In this document: one piece after another, positions 8,951 to 17,377 of the stretch
How the letters are laid out: the number at the start of each line of letters is the position of its first letter
Numbering within the stretch: position 1 is the stretch's first letter
DNA from: a virus
Length of the DNA: 64,000 nucleotides
Direction: 5' to 3' (one strand)
IMG/VR virus record: IMGVR_UViG_3300025849_000022
Location: 1 to 64,000 of that record
The notes under the pieces: generated by a model
The model's input: the letters and a program-made list of their open reading frames with translations, nothing else
The model's database searches: none
What the model was told of the DNA's origin: nothing
Translations under genes and position numbers: made by a program

Positions 8951-10030
8951 CTAGTCAATGTTCATGTATTTTCCGTATCTGTCAACCCATTCATCGATAC
9001 GTTTTACATCAGCAAAGTCGACATCGATATCGTATTCGCTCAATGCAATTTTACAACCTAATACACACATCTCAGGTTCAAAGTTATCCATTAAGAAGTT
9101 GATGAAGTTATTGAATGAACTTGTAAGTTCTTTCTCATCACCATTATCTTGGATACCTTTTAATTCGTAACTCATACCTACAGTAAGAGCATACTTGGAA
9201 GAAATTTCTAACTTCTTCAACTCTTTGACCTTACCTGAAAGGATTTCAGATGGCTTAGGAAGTTTAGAAGCATTCTTCTTGTGATTCATAAACTTGATTG
9301 CCATGCCTTCACCAACCAAACCAGTAACAATGTCCATTTCCTCTTCATGAGTCATGTCACTGTCTTCTAGCATTTGGCTAACGAATGCCCAAGACCTAGG
9401 AGTAGCAAAACTCCTACTTGAACTTTTTGGATCAAAGTCAAAAAGGTCTTGTTTAGCAAAAGCCAAGTAACCAACAACATCTGGATTGATGTCGTTATCA
9501 ACTGCCCAAGACTGCCAATCGTCATGATTAACTTCAACTTCTAAGTGAAGGAATCTGTTTGCTAAAGGACTTGGCATCCTGTAAGTAACACCTTTATCAG
9601 TGTCTCTGTTACCAGCCGCCGCAATTACCACGTTATCTGGTAATACATATTGTCCAACCCTACGGTTAAGGATCAACTGGTAAGCAGTTGCCTGCACACT
9701 TGGAGGTGCAGAGTTAAGTTCATCTAAGAACAAGAAGACAGTCTCATACTGGCTAGCAAGTTCTTCTGATGGTAGTTCGGCAGGTGCCGCCCACATCATT
9801 TTGTTAGTGTCCTCATCTCTGTAAGGATACCCTTTGATATCTGTTGGGTCTAGCAAAGCCATTCTCAAATCAATTAAAAGGTTGTTACCTTCTTCAGCGA
9901 TCTGAGCCAGTACGTCGGACTTACCAACTCCTGGAGGACCCCAAATAAATACAGGACGTTTTTTATTAAAAGCACGTTTGATGTGGCTCTTTGCCCTGCT
10001 TAGTTTTACTGTTCGAATGTTATCTGACAT
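8951..10030 (-). CDS. MoxR-type AAA+ ATPase
   Basis: WGPPGVGKS, LFLDE, AAGN, PLANRF, TPRSW. Confidence 0.9.
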   Translation of the reverse strand: MSDNIRTVKLSRAKSHIKRAFNKKRPVFIWGPPGVGKSDVLAQIAEEGNNLLIDLRMALLDPTDIKGYPYRDEDTNKMMWAAPAELPSEELASQYETVFLFLDELNSAPPSVQATAYQLILNRRVGQYVLPDNVVIAAAGNRDTDKGVTYRMPSPLANRFLHLEVEVNHDDWQSWAVDNDINPDVVGYLAFAKQDLFDFDPKSSSRSFATPRSWAFVSQMLEDSDMTHEEEMDIVTGLVGEGMAIKFMNHKKNASKLPKPSEILSGKVKELKKLEISSKYALTVGMSYELKGIQDNGDEKELTSSFNNFINFLMDNFEPEMCVLGCKIALSEYDIDVDFADVKRIDEWVDRYGKYMNID

Positions 10031-10065
10031 ATAATTACTCCTACGAAATTATTTAATATACAACT

Positions 10066-10094
10066 ATTATACTAAAAATCATGACCAAGGTCAA
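10066..10094 (-). promoter_or_regulatory. sigma70-type early promoter (moxR)
   Basis: TTGACC-N17-TATAAT, GTAGGAGTAA RBS. Confidence 0.85.
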
Positions 10095-10287
10095 CCTTTT
10101 CTTTAGTATTTTTCAAATTAAAAGTTAATTCAACCAAATAGCCTAGTTCTTGCAACTGTTCTAACCTAAGGAATACATCGCCATCAGAATAGATCTTAGG
10201 GTCAGATATCCAATTATGTTTACCTGCCCTAGCACTGAACTTATCTAAATAGCGAAGTTTATAATCCAAAGACTCAACGTATTCCAT
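10072..10287 (-). CDS. hypothetical protein (start reassigned to MEYVES)
   Basis: TAATG coupling with upstream gene. Confidence 0.5.
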   Translation of the reverse strand: MEYVESLDYKLRYLDKFSARAGKHNWISDPKIYSDGDVFLRLEQLQELGYLVELTFNLKNTKEKVDLGHDF

Positions 10288-10757
10288 TATGCTGTTTGTT
10301 GAACACCTGAAAGAACATCTGAAGTGATGTCCTTGAAACCCCATTTATCAACAATGTTATATGAATCTTCTACTGAATCATACACAATGTCGCCTACTGA
10401 AAGAGAGTGCATGTCACGATATGTACATACCTCACCATCTTTTCTAGTGAAAGTCTTCATCTTGAAGCCACTAACAAATGTATCAAACCACTGATCAAAA
10501 CCAGTATCATCATCAAAGTAGTAACCATTCAAAATTTTGAATACTTCTTCTAAGTTGCTGTCTTCAAATTGAGCAACTTCGCAAACTTGGGTATAATGAT
10601 TAAACATTTCTCCCTTGAAACCTTCGGCACCATGCATCACTTCCATGTGTGCATTGTACTCAGGATATTTTTCAGCGGCACCTGTGTGTCCTCTGTCATT
10701 AGAATTAACGAAGTCTGTTACCTCGTCACTTAACTTGATTTGAAATACTTTATACAT
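10287..10757 (-). CDS. YodL-like early protein
   Basis: YKVFQI N-terminus and HSLSVGDIV motif. Confidence 0.65.
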   Translation of the reverse strand: MYKVFQIKLSDEVTDFVNSNDRGHTGAAEKYPEYNAHMEVMHGAEGFKGEMFNHYTQVCEVAQFEDSNLEEVFKILNGYYFDDDTGFDQWFDTFVSGFKMKTFTRKDGEVCTYRDMHSLSVGDIVYDSVEDSYNIVDKWGFKDITSDVLSGVQQTA

Positions 10758-10790
10758 AAAAACTCCTACCTTTTTACAAATTATGCATAT

Positions 10791-10819
10791 ATTATACTAA
10801 ATTTTGTGGGTATGGTCAA
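10791..10819 (-). promoter_or_regulatory. sigma70-type early promoter
   Basis: TTGACC-N17-TATAAT, GGTAGGAG RBS. Confidence 0.85.
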
Positions 10820-10850
10820 CCTATTTCCGTAAAAATTGTATGATTTTCGC

Positions 10851-10908
10851 ACAAATGATAAATACATTTGTAACATAATTGTAACATAGAGTTTGATAGT
10901 CTGTAACA
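10851..10908 (+). promoter_or_regulatory. late promoter plus 11-bp-phased TGTAACA direct repeats (Pho-box-like)
   Basis: GATAAATA at 10857; TGTAACA at 10869, 10880 and 10902. Confidence 0.5.
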
Positions 10909-10974
10909 GAGCCCATTAGGGATGAAGTTATTGCAAACCTACTAGCAGTTAGGTTATTACAAAAGGAGAATACT

Positions 10975-11106
10975 ATGGCGAATCCATTAGGAATAGTAGC
11001 CAGGTTCACTAATCAAACGATTGGAACGGCATCTGACTACTTTAAAAAATTCGACTCATTAATGAAATCTGGTACTATGGAAAACATATTACATCAAGTT
11101 TATTAA
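10975..11106 (+). CDS. small protein (43 aa), not in ORF track
   Basis: AAGGAG RBS; MANPLGIVARFTNQTIGTASDYFKKFDSLMKSGTMENILHQVY; followed by terminator. Confidence 0.7.
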   Translation: MANPLGIVARFTNQTIGTASDYFKKFDSLMKSGTMENILHQVY

Positions 11107-11118
11107 ATTCGAGTCACT

Positions 11119-11145
11119 AAAAAAGGGTCCTTAAGGACCCTTTTT
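11119..11145. terminator. bidirectional intrinsic terminator
   Basis: AAAAAAGGGTCC-TTAA-GGACCCTTTTT between convergent genes. Confidence 0.85.
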
Positions 11146-11159
11146 CTTCTATACAGAAC

Positions 11160-11375
11160 TTACTTAACTTCAGTTACGAATTCATAAAGTTTTTCTGCTT
11201 GACCAATTACTTGCTCAGGGGTGATCTCAATGATAGGGCAAAGTGTGCCTGCTCTTTGTTCATCCGTTTGTGCGTAGAATTGATTGGTAGTCTGTGACCT
11301 GTTTTCTTCCAACATGCCCATTGCCATACCTAGAATTTCGGTTCGTAATTCGAACCCGCTTTTGCTATTACTCAT
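11160..11375 (-). CDS. small conserved-looking phage protein
   Basis: SGFELRTEIL...AEKLYEFV pattern; AGGAG RBS with CA-rich leader. Confidence 0.75.
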   Translation of the reverse strand: MSNSKSGFELRTEILGMAMGMLEENRSQTTNQFYAQTDEQRAGTLCPIIEITPEQVIGQAEKLYEFVTEVK

Positions 11376-11426
11376 TTTATTCTCCTGTGTGTGTATGTGT
11401 AATGTAACTTTCTGTTACATTAATAT

Positions 11427-11831
11427 TTACTCAGAAGAGTCGTCAATATTGAGATTTTTTGGTTTGCGGAGACCTTGTAACCATTTCTCCAAGTTCTGCC
11501 CTTTTAGTTTAAGTATAATAGAATCCTTTTCGCTAAACAACACTAACTTTTTATTGTCTACAAAGTAAGGCCATTGCATAGTTTGATCTAGTTTAACTAC
11601 TGCTTTGTTTGACAGTTTAAAGTTGTCTAGTTTAAAGTTATAGCAAGTAAAACTCTTTTCCATAAGTGTTAAACCATACTTAGTAAGCCTAACTCCAATA
11701 ACCTTATTACCTCTAATCCTATGATTTTTAAAAAACAAAGGCATTATGTCAAGTACAGAATACTGACTAATGTCTAATTCTTGTTTGATTTTATCTACTA
11801 TTTTATATTGTAAACTATTTTGAATTGCCAT
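11427..11831 (-). CDS. hypothetical protein
   Basis: GVRLTKYG...LDQTMQWPYF pattern; start uncertain. Confidence 0.65.
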   Translation of the reverse strand: MAIQNSLQYKIVDKIKQELDISQYSVLDIMPLFFKNHRIRGNKVIGVRLTKYGLTLMEKSFTCYNFKLDNFKLSNKAVVKLDQTMQWPYFVDNKKLVLFSEKDSIILKLKGQNLEKWLQGLRKPKNLNIDDSSE

Positions 11832-12129
11832 TTTTGACTTCATCTTCACTTACTATAGGTCCACTTTCTAATTTAACTACACAAAATTCTTCTGTGTTAA
11901 ATTGTCTATTAAGCCTTTCTGCTAAGTTAAATGCATGTCCAGGATTAGAAAAACTAGTTTTCTTATACTTTGGTCCAGGGTAATCTAAGTAAGAATGCAT
12001 TGTTCTTAGATTAATTGGTGAACCTTGAAAGAACACACTAAAAACATTTCCAGCCGCTAGTACCTGCTCAGTTTTATAATTTGTAGTGTCGTGATGCTCT
12101 AAAATTACTTTTGGTTTTGGTCTACTCAT
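11815..12129 (-). CDS. conserved jumbo-phage protein
   Basis: MSRPKPKVIL...GPKYKKTSFSNPGHAFNLAERLN. Confidence 0.75.
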   Translation of the reverse strand: MSRPKPKVILEHHDTTNYKTEQVLAAGNVFSVFFQGSPINLRTMHSYLDYPGPKYKKTSFSNPGHAFNLAERLNRQFNTEEFCVVKLESGPIVSEDEVKNGNSK

Positions 12130-12176
12130 GTATGTCTCCTGTACTTTTATTTATCAAAAATACAGTTAAAACATAC
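12130..12176 (-). promoter_or_regulatory. RBS-sequestering hairpin with late promoter in loop
   Basis: GUAUGUUUU-AA-CUGUAUUUUU[GAUAAAU]AAAAGUACAG-GAGACAUAC-AUG. Confidence 0.7.
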
Positions 12177-12177
12177 T

Positions 12178-12408
12178 TTAACTAATTAAATTTGATGTCA
12201 GAAGATGCTGGAAACCGCCTATTCTTTCTCCGTCTACAAATATTTGTGGTACAGTATTAACGTTTTCTCCACAACTTTCATAAAATTGTGTGCGTTTATC
12301 ATTGTCATCTAGTACTGTTTCTTTGAATTCATAGCCATTAAGTTCTAATACTTGTTTAGCCATTGTGCTATAAGGACATGTTGTTTTTGTGTAAATATCA
12401 ATTTTCAT
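12178..12408 (-). CDS. glutaredoxin (CPYS)
   Basis: IYTKTTCPYS, TVPQIFVDGERIGGF. Confidence 0.9.
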   Translation of the reverse strand: MKIDIYTKTTCPYSTMAKQVLELNGYEFKETVLDDNDKRTQFYESCGENVNTVPQIFVDGERIGGFQHLLTSNLIS

Positions 12409-12700
12409 CTTGTTTAAGCATATACCATACAAATTTAGCATGATCCTCTTTGGTTTTAAAACTAACATAGGCTCTGTCGTCTTTGTGTGGTTCAGTCACA
12501 TACGGTACAGTACGTTTAAACCACCAACCATAACCATTTAGTATGTTATTCTCGCACCATTGCAAGTGTCCATGCCCAATGCCGTAACTTGGCATTTGGT
12601 AATTGTATTTATACTTGGCATTGTACTGGCCTATTTCAAATCCAGACTTTCCGTGTTGCTCAGTCAATGTATAACCTTTAAAATTTGCCACCGTCAGCAT
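12398..12700 (-). CDS. hypothetical protein
   Basis: 100 aa ORF in operon. Confidence 0.6.
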   Translation of the reverse strand: MLTVANFKGYTLTEQHGKSGFEIGQYNAKYKYNYQMPSYGIGHGHLQWCENNILNGYGWWFKRTVPYVTEPHKDDRAYVSFKTKEDHAKFVWYMLKQDEN

Positions 12701-12848
12701 CTAATGTTAAACTTTTCTTCGGCTTTATTTCGTCTACTTTAGATACATCATTTAATGCTTCTAGTAAATCACTGATATCTAATGTTACTTGAGTACTTCC
12801 AATAGACTTATAGTATTTGAGATTTTCAATCAGAGTATTTAATTTCAT
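12678..12848 (-). CDS. small hypothetical protein (56 aa), not in ORF track
   Basis: Manual translation MKLNTLIENLK...LDADGGKF fills the gap. Confidence 0.6.
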   Translation of the reverse strand: MKLNTLIENLKYYKSIGSTQVTLDISDLLEALNDVSKVDEIKPKKSLTLDADGGKF

Positions 12849-13350
12849 TTCTCTTGATCTTATTAAGTTCTTTGAGTCTGAATCTTAACTCGTCTTTGGT
12901 ATTGAATGGTCCTTCATAACCATATTGAAATAATGTACTTGCTTTAGGACAGTAACCATGTTTCCAACCTTTCTCAAAGTTAATAGCATACCAACCTGCG
13001 GCATACAATACATCACTGTTTGCTGTTTTACTGAATAATGGAATATCTCTAGTATACTCAGGGTGATCAGGTGATATAAGTTCTGGTGATGGAAACGGTA
13101 TTTCAAATCCAGCAATAAACATCTTATCTGGTTGTATTGCACTTTCAACAGTTTTCTGTTGAAACACTCTAGCACCAAAGTATTTTTCTACTGCTTTATC
13201 ACTTTTAAATTTTTCTTTGATATCACTGGCGAGATATTCGTAATCACCTTGTATATTTTGATACAATACACCTACGTTTCCGCGGTGCTGATCTATTACT
13301 AACCAACTAGCATCATCTACCTTTTTAATTGTTGCTTTCTTATTCATCAC
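12826..13350 (-). CDS. conserved-looking jumbo-phage protein
   Basis: PLFSKT...AAGWY...YCPK...YEGPF pattern. Confidence 0.7.
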   Translation of the reverse strand: MMNKKATIKKVDDASWLVIDQHRGNVGVLYQNIQGDYEYLASDIKEKFKSDKAVEKYFGARVFQQKTVESAIQPDKMFIAGFEIPFPSPELISPDHPEYTRDIPLFSKTANSDVLYAAGWYAINFEKGWKHGYCPKASTLFQYGYEGPFNTKDELRFRLKELNKIKRNEIKYSD

Positions 13351-13522
13351 ATTCTCCTTCTTTAATCAACTCTCGTTGTCTTGTTATCCGTCCTGTTCTT
13401 TTATTTGTAGTTGAAGTACACTGGAATACTGTTTTACCTTTATCAGGTGATTCAAATGTAATCAACTTCTCTTCTGGTCCGTACTTAATGGCATCCCATA
13501 TCTTTCTTATTGTTTCTGACAT
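13340..13522 (-). CDS. small hypothetical protein
   Basis: FESPDKGKTV motif. Confidence 0.6.
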   Translation of the reverse strand: MSETIRKIWDAIKYGPEEKLITFESPDKGKTVFQCTSTTNKRTGRITRQRELIKEGECDE

Positions 13523-14499
13523 GCGTTAAGTATTTCTCCAAATTCTGTTGCGGCATCTGTAAGTTTAGGCATATTCCATTTGTTACAAAACTTCATAAAA
13601 TGAATACCTACGTTTGCTACTTTTTCTTTATCTGCTGATTCTACAAATACTTCTTTGATAGCAGTTTTAATCTCATCTGGTTGTTGTGTAAGATCAATAA
13701 GTATTCTATTGCGTTCAAAATCATCAATTACTCTGTGCTCTTCTTCATTGTGATCTACCCATCGTTGTAACATAAAGTTATTGTAATCAAACCCACCGCG
13801 ATCCATATCAGCAAATGCTTCTAACATACCTGTTTTGTTCTTACTGCCTTTCTTTCTAGCACCTGGAAATGCACTAAATATATTATCTGATGTATCGCCT
13901 CTCACACACTTTTCAAACAGTAACCATTTAGGATCTGGTACTGCTTTAGGCTCTTGTGTCTTTTTATCAATAGCACGTTTCATAGTCTTTGCTTCGTATA
14001 TGCCATCTATCTTTACTATTTGATCTGTTACACCATTATACTGACTAATGTTATTGCTTATAAGTTGATAAAAGTCACTGTCTGTGCTAACAATAATATG
14101 TTCGTCATTTGGGTGTTCTTGTGTCCACATTGCAATTAAGTCATCTGCTTCTGATTCTGGTTGTCTTAATACAGTACAATTAGTTTTAGTTTTTAAGTAT
14201 TCAATAAAGTGTTCGTATGCTTCAAAGAATATTTCGTCTTCTTCTTGTTGATTAGGAGACCTTTGATCCATAGTAACCTTTCTATTCTTCTTATAAGGCT
14301 CATAGAAGTCTTTACGCCAACTTCTGCCTTCTAAGCAAAATACAACATGATCACCGTCAAACTCTCTCCACACTTTCTTAACACTATTAAACATAATGTG
14401 CATTGCCATACCAACTTTCATATCAATGTCGCTTGTACGAGCAGTTACATGCTTTGCTCTAAAAAACATGTTAAGTGTGTCAACTAAGATATATTTCAT
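13507..14499 (-). CDS. T4 RNase H-like 5'-3' exonuclease/flap endonuclease
   Basis: LVDTLN, WRKDFY.PYK.NR, EADD, STDSDF, GDTSDNI. Confidence 0.9.
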   Translation of the reverse strand: MKYILVDTLNMFFRAKHVTARTSDIDMKVGMAMHIMFNSVKKVWREFDGDHVVFCLEGRSWRKDFYEPYKKNRKVTMDQRSPNQQEEDEIFFEAYEHFIEYLKTKTNCTVLRQPESEADDLIAMWTQEHPNDEHIIVSTDSDFYQLISNNISQYNGVTDQIVKIDGIYEAKTMKRAIDKKTQEPKAVPDPKWLLFEKCVRGDTSDNIFSAFPGARKKGSKNKTGMLEAFADMDRGGFDYNNFMLQRWVDHNEEEHRVIDDFERNRILIDLTQQPDEIKTAIKEVFVESADKEKVANVGIHFMKFCNKWNMPKLTDAATEFGEILNACQKQ

Positions 14500-14906
14500 T
14501 ATTTCTTCGCTTCTTTGTCGTTGTCTCTTACTGTTATAACATCAGCACCAGGTACGGCTTGTTCCATACCAAAGTCCATATCAGCCATTTCCTGTTGTAG
14601 TATAGTTCTGCATAAATCGTTAAACCAACTGTTTACAATGTCGTCATCGCTTTTACCAGTGTATCCGTTTGTTTGTAACATTGTAACAAATTGCTCGTTA
14701 AAGTCAAGTTCAACAAAGCCTTTTTTAGGATTAATTGGATCGACATCCATTTGTAATACGTTTACATATGGTTTATCGTCAATTGTTGCTAGTTCTTTTT
14801 CTAACTCGCCACCTGTAAGGTCACGATTTGCAATAGCAATACGCCTATCCTTTTCACTCTTGAACCATAACTTAGGGTCCATCATATCTTTAAATTTATT
14901 CGCCAT
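14499..14906 (-). CDS. conserved-looking phage protein
   Basis: PYVNVL...GFVELDFN...GY.G...IV..WF pattern. Confidence 0.7.
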   Translation of the reverse strand: MANKFKDMMDPKLWFKSEKDRRIAIANRDLTGGELEKELATIDDKPYVNVLQMDVDPINPKKGFVELDFNEQFVTMLQTNGYTGKSDDDIVNSWFNDLCRTILQQEMADMDFGMEQAVPGADVITVRDNDKEAKK

Positions 14907-15039
14907 CTTCTTTCTCCTTTAATTGTTGGTGGTATGTTAGGCTACAACTAGCACCACAGAATATTTTAGTTTTATCAGCAGTATGATATTTTATATCTAA
15001 AAAGTTTACTATCTCACTGCAAATAAAACACTGATACAT
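14896..15039 (-). CDS. small zinc-finger protein (47 aa), not in ORF track
   Basis: MYQCFIC...IFCGASC, TRASH/MYM-like; TAATG coupling. Confidence 0.65.
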   Translation of the reverse strand: MYQCFICSEIVNFLDIKYHTADKTKIFCGASCSLTYHQQLKEKEDGE

Positions 15040-15446
15040 TATGCTGGTACCATTTCATATAATTTTTTTATTCGACATGGCATCATTGATTTTCTACCAA
15101 ATGTTACCGGAGTAACTGTGTCACCTATCGAAATAAAAGACATCGAACCAAATGAATTAAATAATAGTTGATTAGCAAAATTAATGTCCCAACATCTACT
15201 ATAAAATTCAATAATAACTCGTCTACCTCCATTCATTCTTAGTACAAGATGATCTTGTTTACTATTCCATGACCAACCTTTAATATGTCTTACATTAATA
15301 GTTTTGACTTGTACATCTTCTTTAGTAATAGCAACACCGTGTTCACTGTATCCTACTATATCATCAGCCATTGCCCATGCTACCCATAAAGGTAATGTGA
15401 CTAGAATTGTAAATTTAATAATATGTTTGTGAAAAAACTCTTCCAT
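15039..15446 (-). CDS. exported protein, DUF6491-like
   Basis: Signal peptide; C..INFA...IGD.V...CRI pattern. Confidence 0.55.
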   Translation of the reverse strand: MEEFFHKHIIKFTILVTLPLWVAWAMADDIVGYSEHGVAITKEDVQVKTINVRHIKGWSWNSKQDHLVLRMNGGRRVIIEFYSRCWDINFANQLLFNSFGSMSFISIGDTVTPVTFGRKSMMPCRIKKLYEMVPA

Positions 15447-15447
15447 T

Positions 15448-16338
15448 CTATTTTCCTATTGCGTTACCGTATATGTGTACGTGAACTCTGCTTGTATAAT
15501 TGTAGCCACGTTGTATGGCTTCGTCGGCTATACTTGCCTCTGTTTGTACTAGGCCTTCAAAGGTGCCGCCAACTCCCATAATCCATACAGGGAAGTTACA
15601 GCCGGCATCTCTAAATGCTTTAGTGTGTTCTTCAACTTCTCTCCAACTTTCATCTGTGCCATTTACCACATACTTCAATTGACCTACTGGACTTACTTCA
15701 GCATATCTGCCTATTACCTCAGGTTTAATTGCTTTCTTGTTCTTCTCACCAGCAGTACTCCACAGTTTAGGACTTAAACTCCAATACCATTCAGAACCAT
15801 TAGCCCATGCTGGATATTCACGTTGTATGTATTCAGCAAACTCATCTGTGATAGGCTTTGTGCCATTTGTTTCCACAGTAACATTCATAGGCTGATTGTT
15901 TCTGCGTTTGAACTCTTCTATGACATGCATCATGCCAGGTTGTGTGTTTTTAAGCATTGGCTCGCCGCCTGTAAACACCATGTGTGCGTTTTGTTGTGTA
16001 ACTGGGTGTACAAACTTACCATGCGGTAGTAGTGCTGTAAGTTCGTCTACAGCCTCGTCTACAGTCTTATCAGTAATCAAATGCTTATATTTCTTGCTCC
16101 AAGTATAACTGCTGTCACAACCTTTTTCAAACACAGGCAAATCAAATACATTAGTAATGTCTGTGATATCTAACTTCTCATATGGTAAATCATATGTGCT
16201 AGGATCAGTAGGATCGCTTTGACCAAAACCATTACATTGTAAATTGCATAGGAAGAATCTCATCCACAGACTAGGGATACCTACATACTGGCCTTCCCCT
16301 TGTGCTGAATAAAATGTTTCGCTATACTTTAATGTCAT
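15448..16338 (-). CDS. queE: 7-carboxy-7-deazaguanine synthase (radical SAM)
   Basis: ETFYSAQGEG, CNLQC...CDS, FTGGEP, VETNGT, LSPK; adjacent to folE. Confidence 0.85.
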   Translation of the reverse strand: MTLKYSETFYSAQGEGQYVGIPSLWMRFFLCNLQCNGFGQSDPTDPSTYDLPYEKLDITDITNVFDLPVFEKGCDSSYTWSKKYKHLITDKTVDEAVDELTALLPHGKFVHPVTQQNAHMVFTGGEPMLKNTQPGMMHVIEEFKRRNNQPMNVTVETNGTKPITDEFAEYIQREYPAWANGSEWYWSLSPKLWSTAGEKNKKAIKPEVIGRYAEVSPVGQLKYVVNGTDESWREVEEHTKAFRDAGCNFPVWIMGVGGTFEGLVQTEASIADEAIQRGYNYTSRVHVHIYGNAIGK

Positions 16339-17027
16339 TACTTATCGCAAGAATATTGTTGTTGTAATTTGATGTTGTCCATAAACTCTTTCTTTGTACC
16401 TGCGTCATCTTTGAACGCACCTTTAAGAACAGTTGTTTGTGTAAGACTGCTATGTGCCTTAACACCTCTGTTCTCTACACAACCGTGTGTGGCTTGTACA
16501 TAAACACCTAAGTGCTCGGCACCAGTTGCCTTTTGTATTTCTCTAACAATGTCGTTAGCAAGTTCTTCTTGAAGTGTTCCACGCATAGCACACCATTGTG
16601 CAATTCTTGTGTACTTGCTTAATCCAATTAGTTTGTCTGCGGCAATAATACCAATGTATGCTACACCTCTAACAATCTGGTGATGATGTGAACACATACT
16701 TGTAAGTTCACTACGCACTACTAACATGCCTTCGTATCTATCGTCACTATCATTAGGGAAAGCCGTTGCGGCTGGTATAGGTTCATACCTGCCACTCATC
16801 AGTTCATTGATATACATCTTAGCAAGACGTCTGCCTGTGTTATTACTGTTAGGGTCGTTCTCAATGTCAATAACTAGACCATCTAACACGGCTTCAAACT
16901 TAGGTGTAAGTTCATCAATCAGTTGTTGCTTCTCACCTTCTTTAATATGTGCTGAGATATTATCTCCTGCCCAAAACCTATCGCCGGCTTCCTGTAGCCT
17001 TTGTTTAATTGTATCACTAACTGCCAT
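16338..17027 (-). CDS. folE: GTP cyclohydrolase I
   Basis: SMCSHH, IGLSK, LQE, HGCVENRG. Confidence 0.95.
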   Translation of the reverse strand: MAVSDTIKQRLQEAGDRFWAGDNISAHIKEGEKQQLIDELTPKFEAVLDGLVIDIENDPNSNNTGRRLAKMYINELMSGRYEPIPAATAFPNDSDDRYEGMLVVRSELTSMCSHHHQIVRGVAYIGIIAADKLIGLSKYTRIAQWCAMRGTLQEELANDIVREIQKATGAEHLGVYVQATHGCVENRGVKAHSSLTQTTVLKGAFKDDAGTKKEFMDNIKLQQQYSCDK

Positions 17028-17217
17028 CTTCTAACTCCTTAATTTGTTCCTTCAGTTCTTCAATTTCTCTTTTAAGATTAAGTTTCTCAATCTTTTCGTT
17101 TGCTAATACTGTATCATCCATATGATGATCGTAATCATCAGCAATTTTTTTATCTAACTCTCTGTGTCTTGTTTCTAAGACTTTAAGATGATTGCTCAGG
17201 CTTTTTAATGTACTCAT
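17017..17217 (-). CDS. DUF465/YdcH-like coiled-coil protein
   Basis: L...HRELDKKI...K.EKL.LK.EI. Confidence 0.7.
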   Translation of the reverse strand: MSTLKSLSNHLKVLETRHRELDKKIADDYDHHMDDTVLANEKIEKLNLKREIEELKEQIKELEDGS

Positions 17218-17377
17218 TGTCGTCCCTCAAAATTCCATTTTCCCAATTCTCTGCTACGTCTTGTGCATAGTGAATTGATTTATCTCTAACATCAATCTTA
17301 CCAAATGCATTACCGTTCTTTAACAGATGTACTATATAACCAGTACCATCAATGTTTACTATTTCTGCTGTTCTCAT
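17183..17377 (-). CDS. hypothetical protein
   Basis: KSIHYAQDVAENW pattern. Confidence 0.6.
   Translation of the reverse strand: MRTAEIVNIDGTGYIVHLLKNGNAFGKIDVRDKSIHYAQDVAENWENGILRDDNEYIKKPEQSS

Noticed and set aside
1888-10822. Repeated intergenic sequences as CRISPR or mobile-element ends
   Set aside because: Dispersed, gene-spaced and fully explained as promoter plus RBS; no cas or transposase genes
10821-11009. 62-aa minus-strand ORF
   Set aside because: Overlaps the better-supported plus-strand promoter, RBS, 43-aa ORF and terminator unit
11401-11421. NtcA site
   Set aside because: Spacing is GTA-N9-TAC, not N8, and nothing indicates a cyanobacterial host
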